Below are positions 49,200 through 60,797 of a DNA stretch of 64,000 nucleotides, one piece after another (position 1 is the first letter of the stretch; each line of letters begins with the position of its first letter). The stretch spans positions 61,227,369 to 61,291,368 of the forward strand of contig JASCQW010000190.1 in assembly GCA_030264375.1 (NCBI GenBank). Reading direction: 5' to 3'. The translations under genes were made by a program, and so were the position numbers. This stretch comes from Carcharhinus longimanus (Eukaryota). The notes under the pieces were generated by a model. That model had not been told where the DNA came from. It ran no database searches and worked only from the letters and a program-made list of their open reading frames with translations.

Positions 49200-51392
49200 T
49201 CGGGGGTGGGGGGGGGGGGGAACGGAGGGGGAGGTGGTGGGGGGAGGGCAGCTGCCTACCATTCCCCATTGTTTGTGATGCTCATGGTGTGTGTCCTTTG
49301 GAGGCCCTAGAACTTGAGGACCCTAGTGGGCTTCCAGGTTTCTGGGATGTTTCCATTGCACCCTCTTCAGTGTTGCTGTATTGGCCTGGGAAGAATGCAA
49401 GACAAGCAACAGCTGGTGTGCCTGAAAATTTATGGGACTTCTCTCAACGGTCTCGCAGTTGGGTCAGTGTGGCCATCAGCCCTTCTTGCATTCCCAGCTC
49501 TGTTGTTGTAACTCCAGCAGCTGACGGAGAAGTGATCACAGAGGCCCAGCATGTAGCCTGGGGCCGCTGATTCCCTGCATCCAGCAGACCCCCACATGCC
49601 AGAAGCCTCAGGCACTCCCTCCCCTGTCTGATATACATTATTAGATGTGTCATGCTCATCAGAGAGTGACCCTGAAGTCTCTCCATTAACTGGACCTACT
49701 GAAGCGTCAGTATCTGGGATCATGAATTGTGAGGTGGATCTGACACCAAAATGGTGCCAACTTCAGAGTTCCCTTCACCCATACTTGTCTGAGCTGTCCT
49801 CAGCAGGATGGGGGCTGCTGCAGCTGGGTTCCAGAAGATTCCACAGCATCCAGTTCTCTCCCTGCAACACAGTCATAAGGTCAAGTTCAAGGCAGAGAGA
49901 GGAATTTGGGATGCAAAACATGATCCACATTTCTCCATTGAGCATAGAACAAATTACATCACAGGAACAGGTTTTTTAGCCCTCTAAATCTATTGTAACC
50001 AAGCTGCCCATCTGATTTGTAATCCCATACCTGTCCCGGGCCTATTGGTTGGATTCGCTTTCCATTCACATAGCTGAAAAGACACATTTTAAATATTGCC
50101 ATTGTATCTGCCTCTACAACCTCTCCCAGCACCAAGTTCCAGGCATCCACTACCCTCTCTGTGCAAATGAACATGCCTCCTACATATTCTTTAAACCTTA
50201 CTCCTTGCACCCAAACTCATGCCCCTGAGATGTTGCCTCAAAGTGAGTGGAGGTGTGACAGGTGTTCACATGTTGACAGCAGCCCAACCATGCAGTCACG
50301 GACAGCCCACAACTCCCATTCCTTTGCGAGCTCCAGTGTGCTCATCAAAGGGAGTGAGGACCAGAGGTCTGACTCACCATCCCCTGTCTTCGCTCTCTCC
50401 CGGGTGTTATGGTTGGTCATCTGCTGTGTTAACAGAAGGAGCCATGGAAGAAATGAAGGTGTGGCTACTGCAGAGTATCAGATGGTGGCCCATAGAGGGT
50501 CAGCACAGTGGAACTCTTGGGGGATTGGAAGGAGCTGCTTGAAGATCAGGAACTGGAAGCATGCAGGGTGCTTGGGAATGAGAGGATCTGGGAAAGATTT
50601 CGGCGAAGATGCAAGATGGCGATCAGCACTCACCCTTGGTGCCCACATGAGTGCATTGACCTTTTTGCAGCATTGCTTCCCATTTCAGGTGGCCAGTCGC
50701 CTGGCACTTACGAGGCAGCAATTACCTCCCAGGCCACATTGCCATTTGAACTCCTGAGCTTGTGTCCTCCTGGGGGGAAAAGAATATCCCGCCTCATTGC
50801 TGCTGCATTCAATAACCTGCCGGATGGCCGTCAGAAACAAAACGAGGAGCTAATAATGTGCACATTGTCCTGTACTGTCTGCCTGTCCATTATTGAGTTT
50901 TTAATTGATCTACCCCCCCCCCCCCCCCACCCCCCCCCCCCCCCAACCCCCCACCCCGTTAGAGCAGATAGGCTGCAGCCAATTCGGCAGAGCATTGTGG
51001 CTGATATCAGTCGGGGGGCGGGGGGTGGGGGGGGGGGCGGTTCATTGTCATTCTGCCTGGGATCAATAAGGGAGAATGGGGGTCCACTGCCACTCAGCAT
51101 GAGACTAGTGGGGGGCGAGGGGGGAGAGGTGGGGGTAGAAGGGTTGTGTCTGCTGCCAGTCTGCCTGAGATCTGTGGAGGGAAGTGGAAGCCTCTTGATC
51201 GGTCAGTATGGCATGGGCATGGGGCTATAAGAGGGCCAGTAATGTTGTGGGGGTGGGGCAATGTCCGGGGACAAATTGTCCGGCCCAGGGGCGATGTGGT
51301 ACGGGAGCGTTCGTCTATCATTTTTTTCTGCGCATGCGTGGTTCGAGGCACCGACTGGCGCTGCAGGATTTTAGGCAGGTGAAATCCTGCCC
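49200..51392 (-). mobile_element. Harbinger Myb/SANT-like accessory ORF remnant and probable element end, with a CR1 fragment nested at about 49930-50220
   Basis: Minus strand near 50640-50820 gives GRLLNAAAMRRDILFPPGG...AWEVIAA...KQCCKKVNALM. Candidate terminus ggtgaaatcctgccc ends at 51392. Confidence 0.55.
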
Positions 51393-52107
51393 ACAGGGTT
51401 GTGCAGCGCAATTTGGAATTACTGATATTTTTGGAAGCAGTGTGCCTACAGAGGTGCCTGAGAGCAGATCTAAAATCGAATCTGAAACACTTCAAATCCA
51501 CGTCTGCCCAGCAATTAGAATCAAAATGGTAAAATAGGGCTTCCAGAGTGCGGATTGGAGGTGTCACCTTGTGGTGACATGCTGGACAAAGGTAACATGC
51601 AATTCTGATTTACAATCGGGGCATGGGATGGGTTTATTCAGGTAATGGCAACAGACCGCGGGAGATTTATTAAGAAAATGATGGAGAATGGATATGAGCC
51701 GGGCATATCGACTTGAACAAAAGGGATGGTGGAAATTGCCGACGAATAACAAGTCAGAGATGGTGATTGTTATATTAGGGGCCCAAATGAGAATTCACCT
51801 TCAGGAAAAAGGATATTTACAAGCAGATTGCAGCAGAAGATGTAGCACAGCTAATAAAACAAAATACACCGTTTGGAGGAATAATAAACCAGCAATTGTG
51901 ACGCCACCCCCAGGAGAATCAAATGAAAATCATATAGATATTGAGAGTTTCTTAGAGGGAGAGCACCAGAAAATGACAGTGTTTCTCTTTCCTACATTAC
52001 CGTAATTCCCACCGTACCAGTTGCCCCACATCCAACTTTAATGACGACGCTCGCCCTGGAAGAGGGAGTGCAACATGTTGCTACCATGAAGTGCTGCTGA
52101 CAACAGC

Positions 52108-52434
52108 TGTTTTGCGTTGGTTACGCAATGGTCTCCGAGGCTATGTATGGAGTCCTGACTCATAACGTGTCAAATCGTTCACTATTTCCTACATTAGGGT
52201 TCCTAAACATGTTGTTGTGCTATTTGAAGTGACGTGCGGCCATTACAGGTTTTGTCTCAATTTTTACAATTTCAGGTACACCGTGAAAAGAAGTTGAAAG
52301 GAAACCGTAGCGGAAAAGAAAACAATGGGCCTGAAGTCGTCATTGTCTTTTATCCGTTCATTTTCTTGAGTAATCCTCAGAGAAATTTGGAGAATTTCTA
52401 CGCATACAATACAAAAAATCAGAAATTCACAACA
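52108..52434 (+). repeat. Copy 2 of the duplicated segment, ending about 270 bp upstream of the gene B leader ATG
   Basis: Colinear with 44256-44581. Confidence 0.9.
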
Positions 52435-52704
52435 GCCCAGGAAGTTTTAACCATTGCATTGTATATGGATCGAGGCCCAGGGGCGAAATGATGCGCGTGA
52501 TACTTGTTGAATCTTGAAATTGTGGTTTATTCCAAAACATCAAGCTGTTTTAGCAGATTTGAACAAAATAATGACAACATGCTCTTGACACATCGACCGG
52601 ATGTTACACTTCATTGTGACTATTGAATATGTAGGCAACTTCGCGTCGTTGTAAACCAAAAAACAGTAAAGACTTTGTTGCTGTGGCTCATTGACTGGTT
52701 AAGA

Positions 52705-52753
52705 ATGTTGTCAAGTGGGATGTGCTTCTCTGTCCTGGCGCTCGTTTTCACAG
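52705..52753 (+). CDS. Gene B coding exon 1: signal peptide
   Basis: MLSSGMCFSVLALVFT plus a phase-1 donor ACAG|GTT (weak), then a 166-nt intron to the V exon. Confidence 0.72.
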
Positions 52754-52919
52754 GTTCCAGTTCATTTTCTATGCGGTTTGCTTATTAAATCGCACAATTT
52801 CCAAGCTGCATGTTAATTCATAATGTTTCCTTGTACTTGAGACAAATTAAGTAACTCATCAAACGCGCGCTTTTTATCGTACTATTGCTCCGGATTAATT
52901 CGGCTTTGATTCTCATTAG

Positions 52920-53240
52920 GCTCTGGTCAATCGGTGGTGAAAGTAACTCAGCTACCTGCGAGCGTGAGCAAAAACAAGGATACAAATGTGTCCTTCCATT
53001 GCTCGCTTCCTTTCTTTCAAAACGTTCCGGCTGTGAATATACAATGGTGGAAACACGGTGACAACCAATATATACGTACAGAAGAAAATGGCCGAAAAGT
53101 AACTGGATTAAAGACAATATTCAGCGGTTTCCTTCAGATCAAGAATGTGACCTTGCAAGACGCAGGGGTATACTATTGCACTGTCACTCATCGGGGCAGT
53201 ATTGCTGGTAATGGGACGGGCTCCAAATTATCTGTCCGAG
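52920..53240 (+). CDS. Gene B coding exon 2: VJ-type Ig V-set domain
   Basis: ctcattag|GC to CGAG|GTAGGT, 321 nt as in gene A. VKVTQLP...VSFHC...IQWWK...DAGVYYCTV...GNGTGSKLSVR. Confidence 0.93.
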
Positions 53241-53895
53241 GTAGGTTTGGATGAAATGAGATTGAGAGATCCATAATGAATAATTCGCGTGTCAAAGCAT
53301 GTCTCGATTGCGCGTCGAATATTTTATATTGGTTCCTAGCAGAAGGCTTTGTTACCGTTTATTAGGATTTGGATGTCTCCAGCTAGGAGAAAATGTATTT
53401 GTTCATCTCAATCCCCTTGTGCTCGGATTTGATAAAGTTAATTAAGATTAAAACAAATTGCACTGGGTCTTCGTTCTCATATAGGCCAGAACAAGCAACG
53501 ATGACAGCAGAGCCGCCGGTTCAACTACATACGCAGTTTCTGATTGTTTCATATGTATATATTCATATTGCAATAATTATGACAATTGCTTCCTCTAATT
53601 GAAATTACAGTTTTCTATCCAGCAGGGAAAAAAAAACACATGGACTCTGTGTGCAGCTCATTTACTACTGTCATTCATTTGCTGATAATTTGAATTTCGC
53701 GTAGCTATTGCCATTGCTTTCATACATCAATTTCTTATGATAAAAGCCCTGCGCAGTGGAGATCTATGCACAGCACAAACCAACGCGATATATTCTGCAA
53801 AGCAACACGATGTTGTCGAAAAAAAGGCCGAAACAGCAGAGGGACTGTTAAGCTTTTTCGATGACGAAGCATTTTCCCTTTCTTTTATTTCATAG

Positions 53896-54207
53896 TTCCA
53901 CCAACTCCGCTGAAAATTAATTCTCAGTATCCTGAAAATGACGCATCCGCGCTTCCTGCTGTTCTATGCTCACCGTCTCCATTTTACCCGAAGAATATCA
54001 ATTTCACTTGGTACAAGGATGGCATCAAAGCTACAGGAATGATAAAGACAATAATTGAATCCAAGACTGATGGACTATATGAAGCTTCTAGCCGTTTGCA
54101 AGAGACGCAGTCTATCCAGTTAGGAACTATGTACACCTGTCTGGTGACTCACAGCACTCTTCACGTTTCAGCGTCCGTCAGTCACATTATCACCAATCGC
54201 AATACAG
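53896..54207 (+). CDS. Gene B coding exon 3: Ig C1-set domain (donor site mutated; the frame reads on to TAA at 54231-54233)
   Basis: ttcatag|TT opens VPPTPLKI...VLCSPSPFYPKNINFTWYKDG...DGLYEASSRL...YTCLVTHSTL with no internal stop. The expected phase-1 donor reads ACAG|TTAAG. Confidence 0.88.
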
Positions 54208-55380
54208 TTAAGCAGTCTGATAGAGGAATATAACTTCAGAGAACGTGCAATCTCGCATATCCGTGTAGATTCTTTGGAGAAAAAATGTTTCATTTGGTCC
54301 CACGTCACGGATTTGCTTTAAATTAGTTTGCTTCAAACGTATCTTCAAATGCCTTTTTTGAAAAATTATAAGTTCATTGTTCCTAAAACTTCCTGCATCT
54401 TCCTAGCAATCCGTGGGAAAGCGTTCTTCTCAAATTCCATTTATTTTAGACAAACGAAAATCAACTTGACTGCGGCTTATCTATGCAATTGAAAAAGTAT
54501 ACGTGCATTTGTTCTCCTTCGAAATCAGGTGTAGCACGATTCATTCTTTCAAATTGCATTTACGCTCCCCTGCTGTAATGGTAAAAATCATAGTGTCTCA
54601 TATCTCTCAAAGTAACTAAAGCGGTTCAGCCCTTCCAACGTCCTGGGCATTTTTCTCCTATACTTCCTGAGGTGAACTGGCGATTATTGTGTTTAGTTGT
54701 TCAGCAAAGAATTGAGTAATCTCTTAAGTTTGGCATCATATTTTACGTTTTCTGATTCAATAAAGCCACTATTCTTAAAATTCAATTAATTCCAGAATCA
54801 TCCCTAAGAAACTTACGGTTTTGTCCTGCCACGCCCAAAGACGTTTGCATGTGCAGCTTTGCATTTTATTGCTTTTGGCTGAAAATAATACCTTTTTGGC
54901 GATTGGTGCACTCCATCACTTTCACCCCAAAAATCTCATTGTCATTATTATTCGTATTACATTGTACTTATATTTCGTCTGCTCATGTTGGCAATCTTGT
55001 TGTACTATTGCCAAGTTTCCTACTGCTGTGCACGCTACATGCCACCATTAATACAATTTTTATGACCCACTAACTTCGAAATTGCACTCGATATTTCCTA
55101 GTCCGTGTCATTGAGTCTTTCATATCCAGCACTGGGTCTCACAGTTATGGCGGCTGAAGACTGGGGTCTTGACATAAAGATGGCCTTTATAAGTGGTTGC
55201 TCAGTTTGCAGTTACCAATAGCCCACACACAAAAAAAATCTCACACACGCACCCTCTCCCCCTCCTTACCCCCACACCACCCAGAGAAAACATTAAATCT
55301 GGTCTTGATGTAGATAAATTGCAATGTAAATTTGCCAACAATATCTCCCCTCCAAGCACCGTTTTCCTGTAGTGTCATGC

Positions 55381-55735
55381 TTCCTCCATCACCACTGAAA
55401 ATTAGCTCTCTGCAAACTGTCAATGATTCATATCTCTATATTGCTATTATTTTCGAGGAACCTTCCTGCCCCCCACCCACCACATGCCACTCGCCACCCC
55501 AACTCTGCCCACTCCACAGCCCCGCCAATCATCGAAGAATGCCAGGTACCATTTGAATAAGAATGTCTCCAAAATTACAATAGATACAAATAACATTGCT
55601 CAACTAATAACCAATGGGTCATAAGGAACTTGGCTTTGCAAAGTTCCCTGCCTATCAATTTTGTACTTGTTTATGGCTATCTGCAAACTTATATGATTCT
55701 CCATATTTCAGCCACGGTCCTCACATTGTCGCGTC
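55381..55735 (+). pseudogene. Decayed second C1 exon of gene B
   Basis: Three colinear blocks match the functional C1: LPPSPLKISS, LNKNVSKITIDTNNIAQLITNGS* and LQSSLPINFVLVYGYLQTYMILHISATV. The acceptor AG, both Cys and the Trp are lost, and a C-rich insert lies at about 55460-55545. Confidence 0.7.
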
Positions 55736-58504
55736 TATGGATGAAAACAAAATCTTGCGGGTTCTAGAAATATGAAACGAAAAGCAGCAAATGCAGTATA
55801 AATTCACTGGGCCTGGCAGGATTAGTAGAAAGACGCACAGTTAGCGTCTCGGGTCTAAATAACCCCTCTACAGAATAGTTTTGTAGAATGCTGAGTTTAT
55901 CCAGCATTTTCCATTTTGATGCAATTTATCCTTACATCCGTAATGCACCTGAATGAATTGTAGAAGCATTACGCATGCTTGATCCGTTTAATCATTGTAC
56001 TTTCATGAAAGAAGAGTCTAATTTATTTTCTCAGAGAGCTTGTTCCTATTCATTCTGCAAATGTAAACTCTTAAGACATACACTGACCTGTCTTTCCTGG
56101 AAATGCATACATCAACTGCTATTATCATTCTTTCAGGTAGATTTTGCCCACGGTCCACGACATCATAGTTTTTCTCATTTACTTTGTATTTCTTAACCAT
56201 TTCTATTTTGCTTTATGACATTGGTTTACCTATTCACTATCCTTGAGGGTTATTGCACCTCGGTCCCGCCATTGGGTGTCTGTGCCTGTTATTAAATTTA
56301 ATAGCCTCCTGATTTGATTTGGTCTAATTGCAAAAACGGCGCTTCTCCAAACTCACCAAATCACTGCGGACACACATTTCCCTCAACCTTTACTCTGCAA
56401 CTCCGTCTCCTCTCATCCCTGCTAAAAGCTAATGCCGATAATGCTACATATCGGCGCAACAGAACAGCAACGCGTGATTTGTCAGCGCTTAACATGATTT
56501 CTTTTTTTCTATTTATCATCATCTACAGTCTAGAAATCTCTTAGGCATCCCAAAGCAGCTTAACATCTTGCCGACAATTGAAAATTCTCCCTCCGTTTCA
56601 GATGTGTGTTACCATTCCTGTTTTGATGTGCGTTATCCTTCAGTCTGCTGCTATCCCTACATTTGAGAACAAGTTAGCATTCCCAAAATTTAATCAGTAA
56701 AATCCTTATATCAAGTAAAACACTCATCATCATGCTGATGCCTGGGGAATTCCAGTGCACAACTCTCTAGTATGTGATATAAAAACAATGGATCTTCACA
56801 AATTTCGTGAAATCCTGTCCGATGTCAACGGAGAAGGCCGTTCTCCAAGCCTCGCCTGCCCCTCGGAATCGGGGCGGGCGAGCAGGTAAAATTCCGGTGA
56901 TCGGAAACTGGAATGAACTGCCTAGGAATTTGATAGAAGGCGGAAAGCATATAATCATTTACAATTTTTTTTCGATGAACACTTGAATCATCATAATACT
57001 CAAAGATATTGGACACGTGCCTGCAAATTGTATTAGCACGAATTTGGTGATGCTTATTGTCGGAGCAGACTCAGTGGACCGAAGTGCATTTTCTGCACTG
57101 TACAAGTCTATAATTTTGTGGCCTGCGTTCGAATCTTATCACAGCAGACGTTCACATTTAAATTAAATAAAACATCACAAATTAAAAATCCTAATGATTA
57201 CCATAAAACCATTCTCCATTGTAATGCAATCCCACCGGGTCCAATCCTTTAAGGAAGGAAACCTGCCATGCATTGCTGGTGTGGCCTTAACACGATTACG
57301 GAGGCAAAACATTGTCGGTGACTGTGACATGGCCATAGGCTAATGGTCTTTACGGATGGGCAATAAATATCATTCCAGTTAGTGATACCCACGTTACATG
57401 AATTAATAATAAAATGCCTTTTAAAATTTCAGTCATCTTCAGGCAGTTTTCACTAATTATTCCTGTTGTCGACAATATAATTCGACCAGCTTCATCAGAG
57501 ACAATTTCTGCTTTAACATATCTGAATACTTCAGCTCTGATAATGGCTCCTCCTAACTCGAAACGTTGGCTCTCCAAAGTTATTATCAGACCTGCTGAAA
57601 TTTTCTGGCATTTTCTGTTTCTGTTTCAGACTCCAACATTCACAGTTTTTCAGTTTTATCTGAACATTTCGCCCCTTCTTAACCAATGTTATTCTAGTGG
57701 CATTTAGCTGACAAATGACCCTGTTATCTTTTCCATTACCATATTTCGTTTTACTGACTCATAAATTATCCGACTATTACCATGCATTCTCGCCAGTGTT
57801 GCGATCCACCGCCGTCATTAATTTGTTACTTACTACCCTTGATATTCCAGCAGTTATTTTGTCCTTACGCTTTTGTAACTGTGGTATGGTATTTCCCATC
57901 CCAGTTTTTGTGAAGTTTGTATTGCACAGCAGACGTGACTGAATTCTTTCGACCGTAAATGAAAATTAATTTTTCCAGTCTAAGCTCACCGTACATGGTC
58001 CACGGTCTACTGTTTTGCTTACACCATGCTAGAAATACAAATAGGCTTAAATTTGGGAACTGTTATTAGCCTTTTTTTAAACGAAAACTTCTTCACTCTA
58101 CGTTAGCGGAAGGAAAACGTTCCGCCCATTGATTCTTGTCAATTTGATATTTCACACAAAGTAAATATTTGAAGTCATATACTTCAGCCTTGTTTCACCC
58201 AGAAGCACAGGGACAACTAAAATGCCAATAAGGCCAAGGCACCCTAGCGATAAATGTATTTTTACACAAATTGTACGAAATCGTCAAATAATTGTCAGTC
58301 GATGTCGAGGTTATGCATCCATTCAATTGATCCGGTTGATGCAGTTTGAATGGTTCTGATTCCAACAGGAAGGGATCTGTTAGAGCAGTAATGCAATATG
58401 TGGATGATGCGTTGACTTGGAGGCCACGGTCACAAGTCAAACACTTCCATCAACATATATAGTAGGGTTTTTGACCACAACTTCACTCGACAGATAGCTA
58501 TCAT

Positions 58505-58840
58505 TACAGAATAACTACAGTGCAGAAACAGGTCATTTGGCCCATCGAATCTGCACCGACCACAATCCCACCCAGGCCCGATCACCATATCCCTAAATCT
58601 TTACCCGTTAACCCCTCTAACCTCCGCATCTCAGGGCACGAAGTGACGATTTTAGCATGGTCAATCAACCTAAACCGCACATCTTTGGACTGTGGGAGAA
58701 AACCGGAGCATCCGGAGAAAACCCACGCAGGCACGAGGAGAATGTGCAAACTCCACACAGACAGTGACCTAAGCCGGGAACCCAACCCAGGTCACTGGCG
58801 CTGCTAAGCAGCAGTGCTAACCACTGTGCTACCGTGCTGT
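58505..58840 (-). mobile_element. tRNA-derived SINE
   Basis: Ends gtgctaaccactgtgctaccgtgctg and resembles the 24225-24548 copy. Confidence 0.85.
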
Positions 58841-59858
58841 CCTGGTGCTATCGCTGAACTGTTGTTCAGATTTTCTGTGACAGAATCATGCAATTTCGAT
58901 ATAGGGATTAGGTATCAGAGTGTGATCAGTTGCGTTTGCAATTAAGTCGGAAATAAGAGTTTCAACATTAATCACTTTGCGCGCATGAAATATGTTCCGG
59001 TATGTGCCTGCGTGTTTATGTGTGTGAATCGGTGGTGAGAGCACCGTATTTAATACAGGTGCGCGTTTGTTTCCGTCCTCTGCCGATGGGCTTCAGTCCT
59101 CTGCCAATGGGCTTTGTTACTTGACCATGATTTGTGTTCCGGCGCGTTGTCACAAACGTGTTGCAACAGACTGATTCCAGGCTATTTTCTCTCAATATTC
59201 CGGAAATAATCCTCATGACTTCCGTTAATATTATATTTACGACGTTTGAAATCTCCTGAGTCTGGTTGCGTAGCAGTGCGCACTGTCAGGTGGAATAGGA
59301 TGTGCGAAGTCGTGTAATCTTCGCACCACAGAGCACCCAGCAGACTTGATTTTGAGATTCGCATTCGCCTTAATATTTCCATTAGGTTTCCGAGGTGCTG
59401 CCAGTAGTTCAAGAATCATACAAAGGCATCTTGATCGCGCAGACATGACAAGCTGCAGCATCCCCGAAATGATTAATCCACACACTGTCTTTCTTCATAA
59501 TATTTATGGGTGGCCCTTCGCCCTCAAAGTCGTGGTCATTTGGACATACCGACGATTGGATACTGGTTTTCCAGCCTAGACTACCCTAGATTATCCAAAA
59601 AATACCCAGCAGGGATGTATTTCCTCTGAAAGCTTATTTCAGATAAAATGAACTTCAGCCAAAGGGGTGCCTATACTATCGCTTCAGCATGTAATCTGAG
59701 CAACTCGATAGCCAAGGGAAGATCATCATGCCGTGTTTTTTAGCTGATCTTCACCAAACACGAAGTGAGCGAAATGCACGGTCATTTATGGCATATCTTC
59801 GCTGTTAAACTGGACAGAGGAGTGCCTCAGGTTTATATGTTTGATTTGAACTCTGCAG

Positions 59859-59969
59859 GTGGTACCATCACCCATTACTTGCTAATCTCTGCAGCTTCTT
59901 GTGGCGGATTTGTTTCATTGGTGCTGTGCATTATAACTCTGAAGCGGCGTCTGTCAAAGAAAAATAACG
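59859..59969 (+). CDS. Gene B transmembrane exon
   Basis: ctctgcag|GT to AACG|GTAAGA, 111 nt as in gene A. GGTITHYLLISAASCGGFVSLVLCIITLKRRLSKKNN has no charged TM residue. Confidence 0.85.
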
Positions 59970-60753
59970 GTAAGAAGTAATGTAATCTTTTTGGTCCGAA
60001 GAAAATGCGTCTAAGAGCTTCTTGTTATGCGTACAAATCGTAGAATCATAAAATCCTTAGAACGTTATTCGTTAGGAGGTTATTCGGCCTATCGAACCCA
60101 GACTAACAACAATCCAACTCAGTACTTCTCCCGTCATGCCATATATTTACTCTGCTGATCCTCCTGATACGAAGGGGCATTTAGCATAACTCATCAACCT
60201 AACACATACATCTTTGGACTGAGGGAGGGAACTGGAGCCGACTTTAACTGAATAGCAAGAACAACAGTTTGTTGCCTCCCAGTGACGGAGACATTGCTCA
60301 ACATAACAGTGTAGCCTAGTTTTAAGCAGTGTTGACACTTTGCAATCACCTTCGTACGCTTCATTTAGGAAGGTATTAACTGTCCATTCATTGTGCATGG
60401 TTTCCTACTAGTGTGACGCCAGTTTCGACTTTGGAAAGTATGTCGGAATTTTTGAAACATGCTAAATAATCCGAAGGAACGCGTGGTCCAAATTAGTTTC
60501 TATCAAACCAATCATTTAACTGTCTTCGGTGTTACTCAACCTGTGTCGTCGTGTCCTGAATTTTCCAGTCAATGGCTGATCGTCCACCAGATGCCGAAGA
60601 AATCCCCTTCCCGAAAGCAAAACATGTCAGAAATCAAATAATTCCTTGAAACAAATATTGATGTCTGTGTAATGTTATTATTTTCATTGACCTAACTAGA
60701 TGTGTCTCTTTCGGATGCTTAAATGTTTCATTTCAAATGTCATTTGTTTCCAG

Positions 60754-60797
60754 GAGTGCAAAAGAATGACAAAGGACTCAAATATCCTGATCAGGAG
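60754..60797 (+). CDS. Gene B 44-nt juxtamembrane exon
   Basis: tttccag|GA to GAG|GTACGT encodes (G)VQKNDKGLKYPDQE, phase 1 to 0. Confidence 0.82.

Noticed and set aside
50161-51230. Long plus-strand ORFs (198 and 240 aa)
   Set aside because: Antisense to a Harbinger Myb remnant and crossing poly-C/G tracts; no recognisable domain.
18671-53240. V exons as rearranging Ig/TCR V segments
   Set aside because: Each V runs through its G strand to a splice donor with no heptamer-spacer-nonamer. The CACAGTG words I noticed lie mostly in SINEs and other repeats, and CACTGTC after YYC in gene B has no evident nonamer.
23870-58840. tRNA genes
   Set aside because: The A/B-box-like sequences are the 5' ends of SINEs and continue into SINE bodies.
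23422-59969. Activating/inhibitory receptor pair
   Set aside because: Neither TM has a charged residue, and both tails carry ITIM-type motifs.
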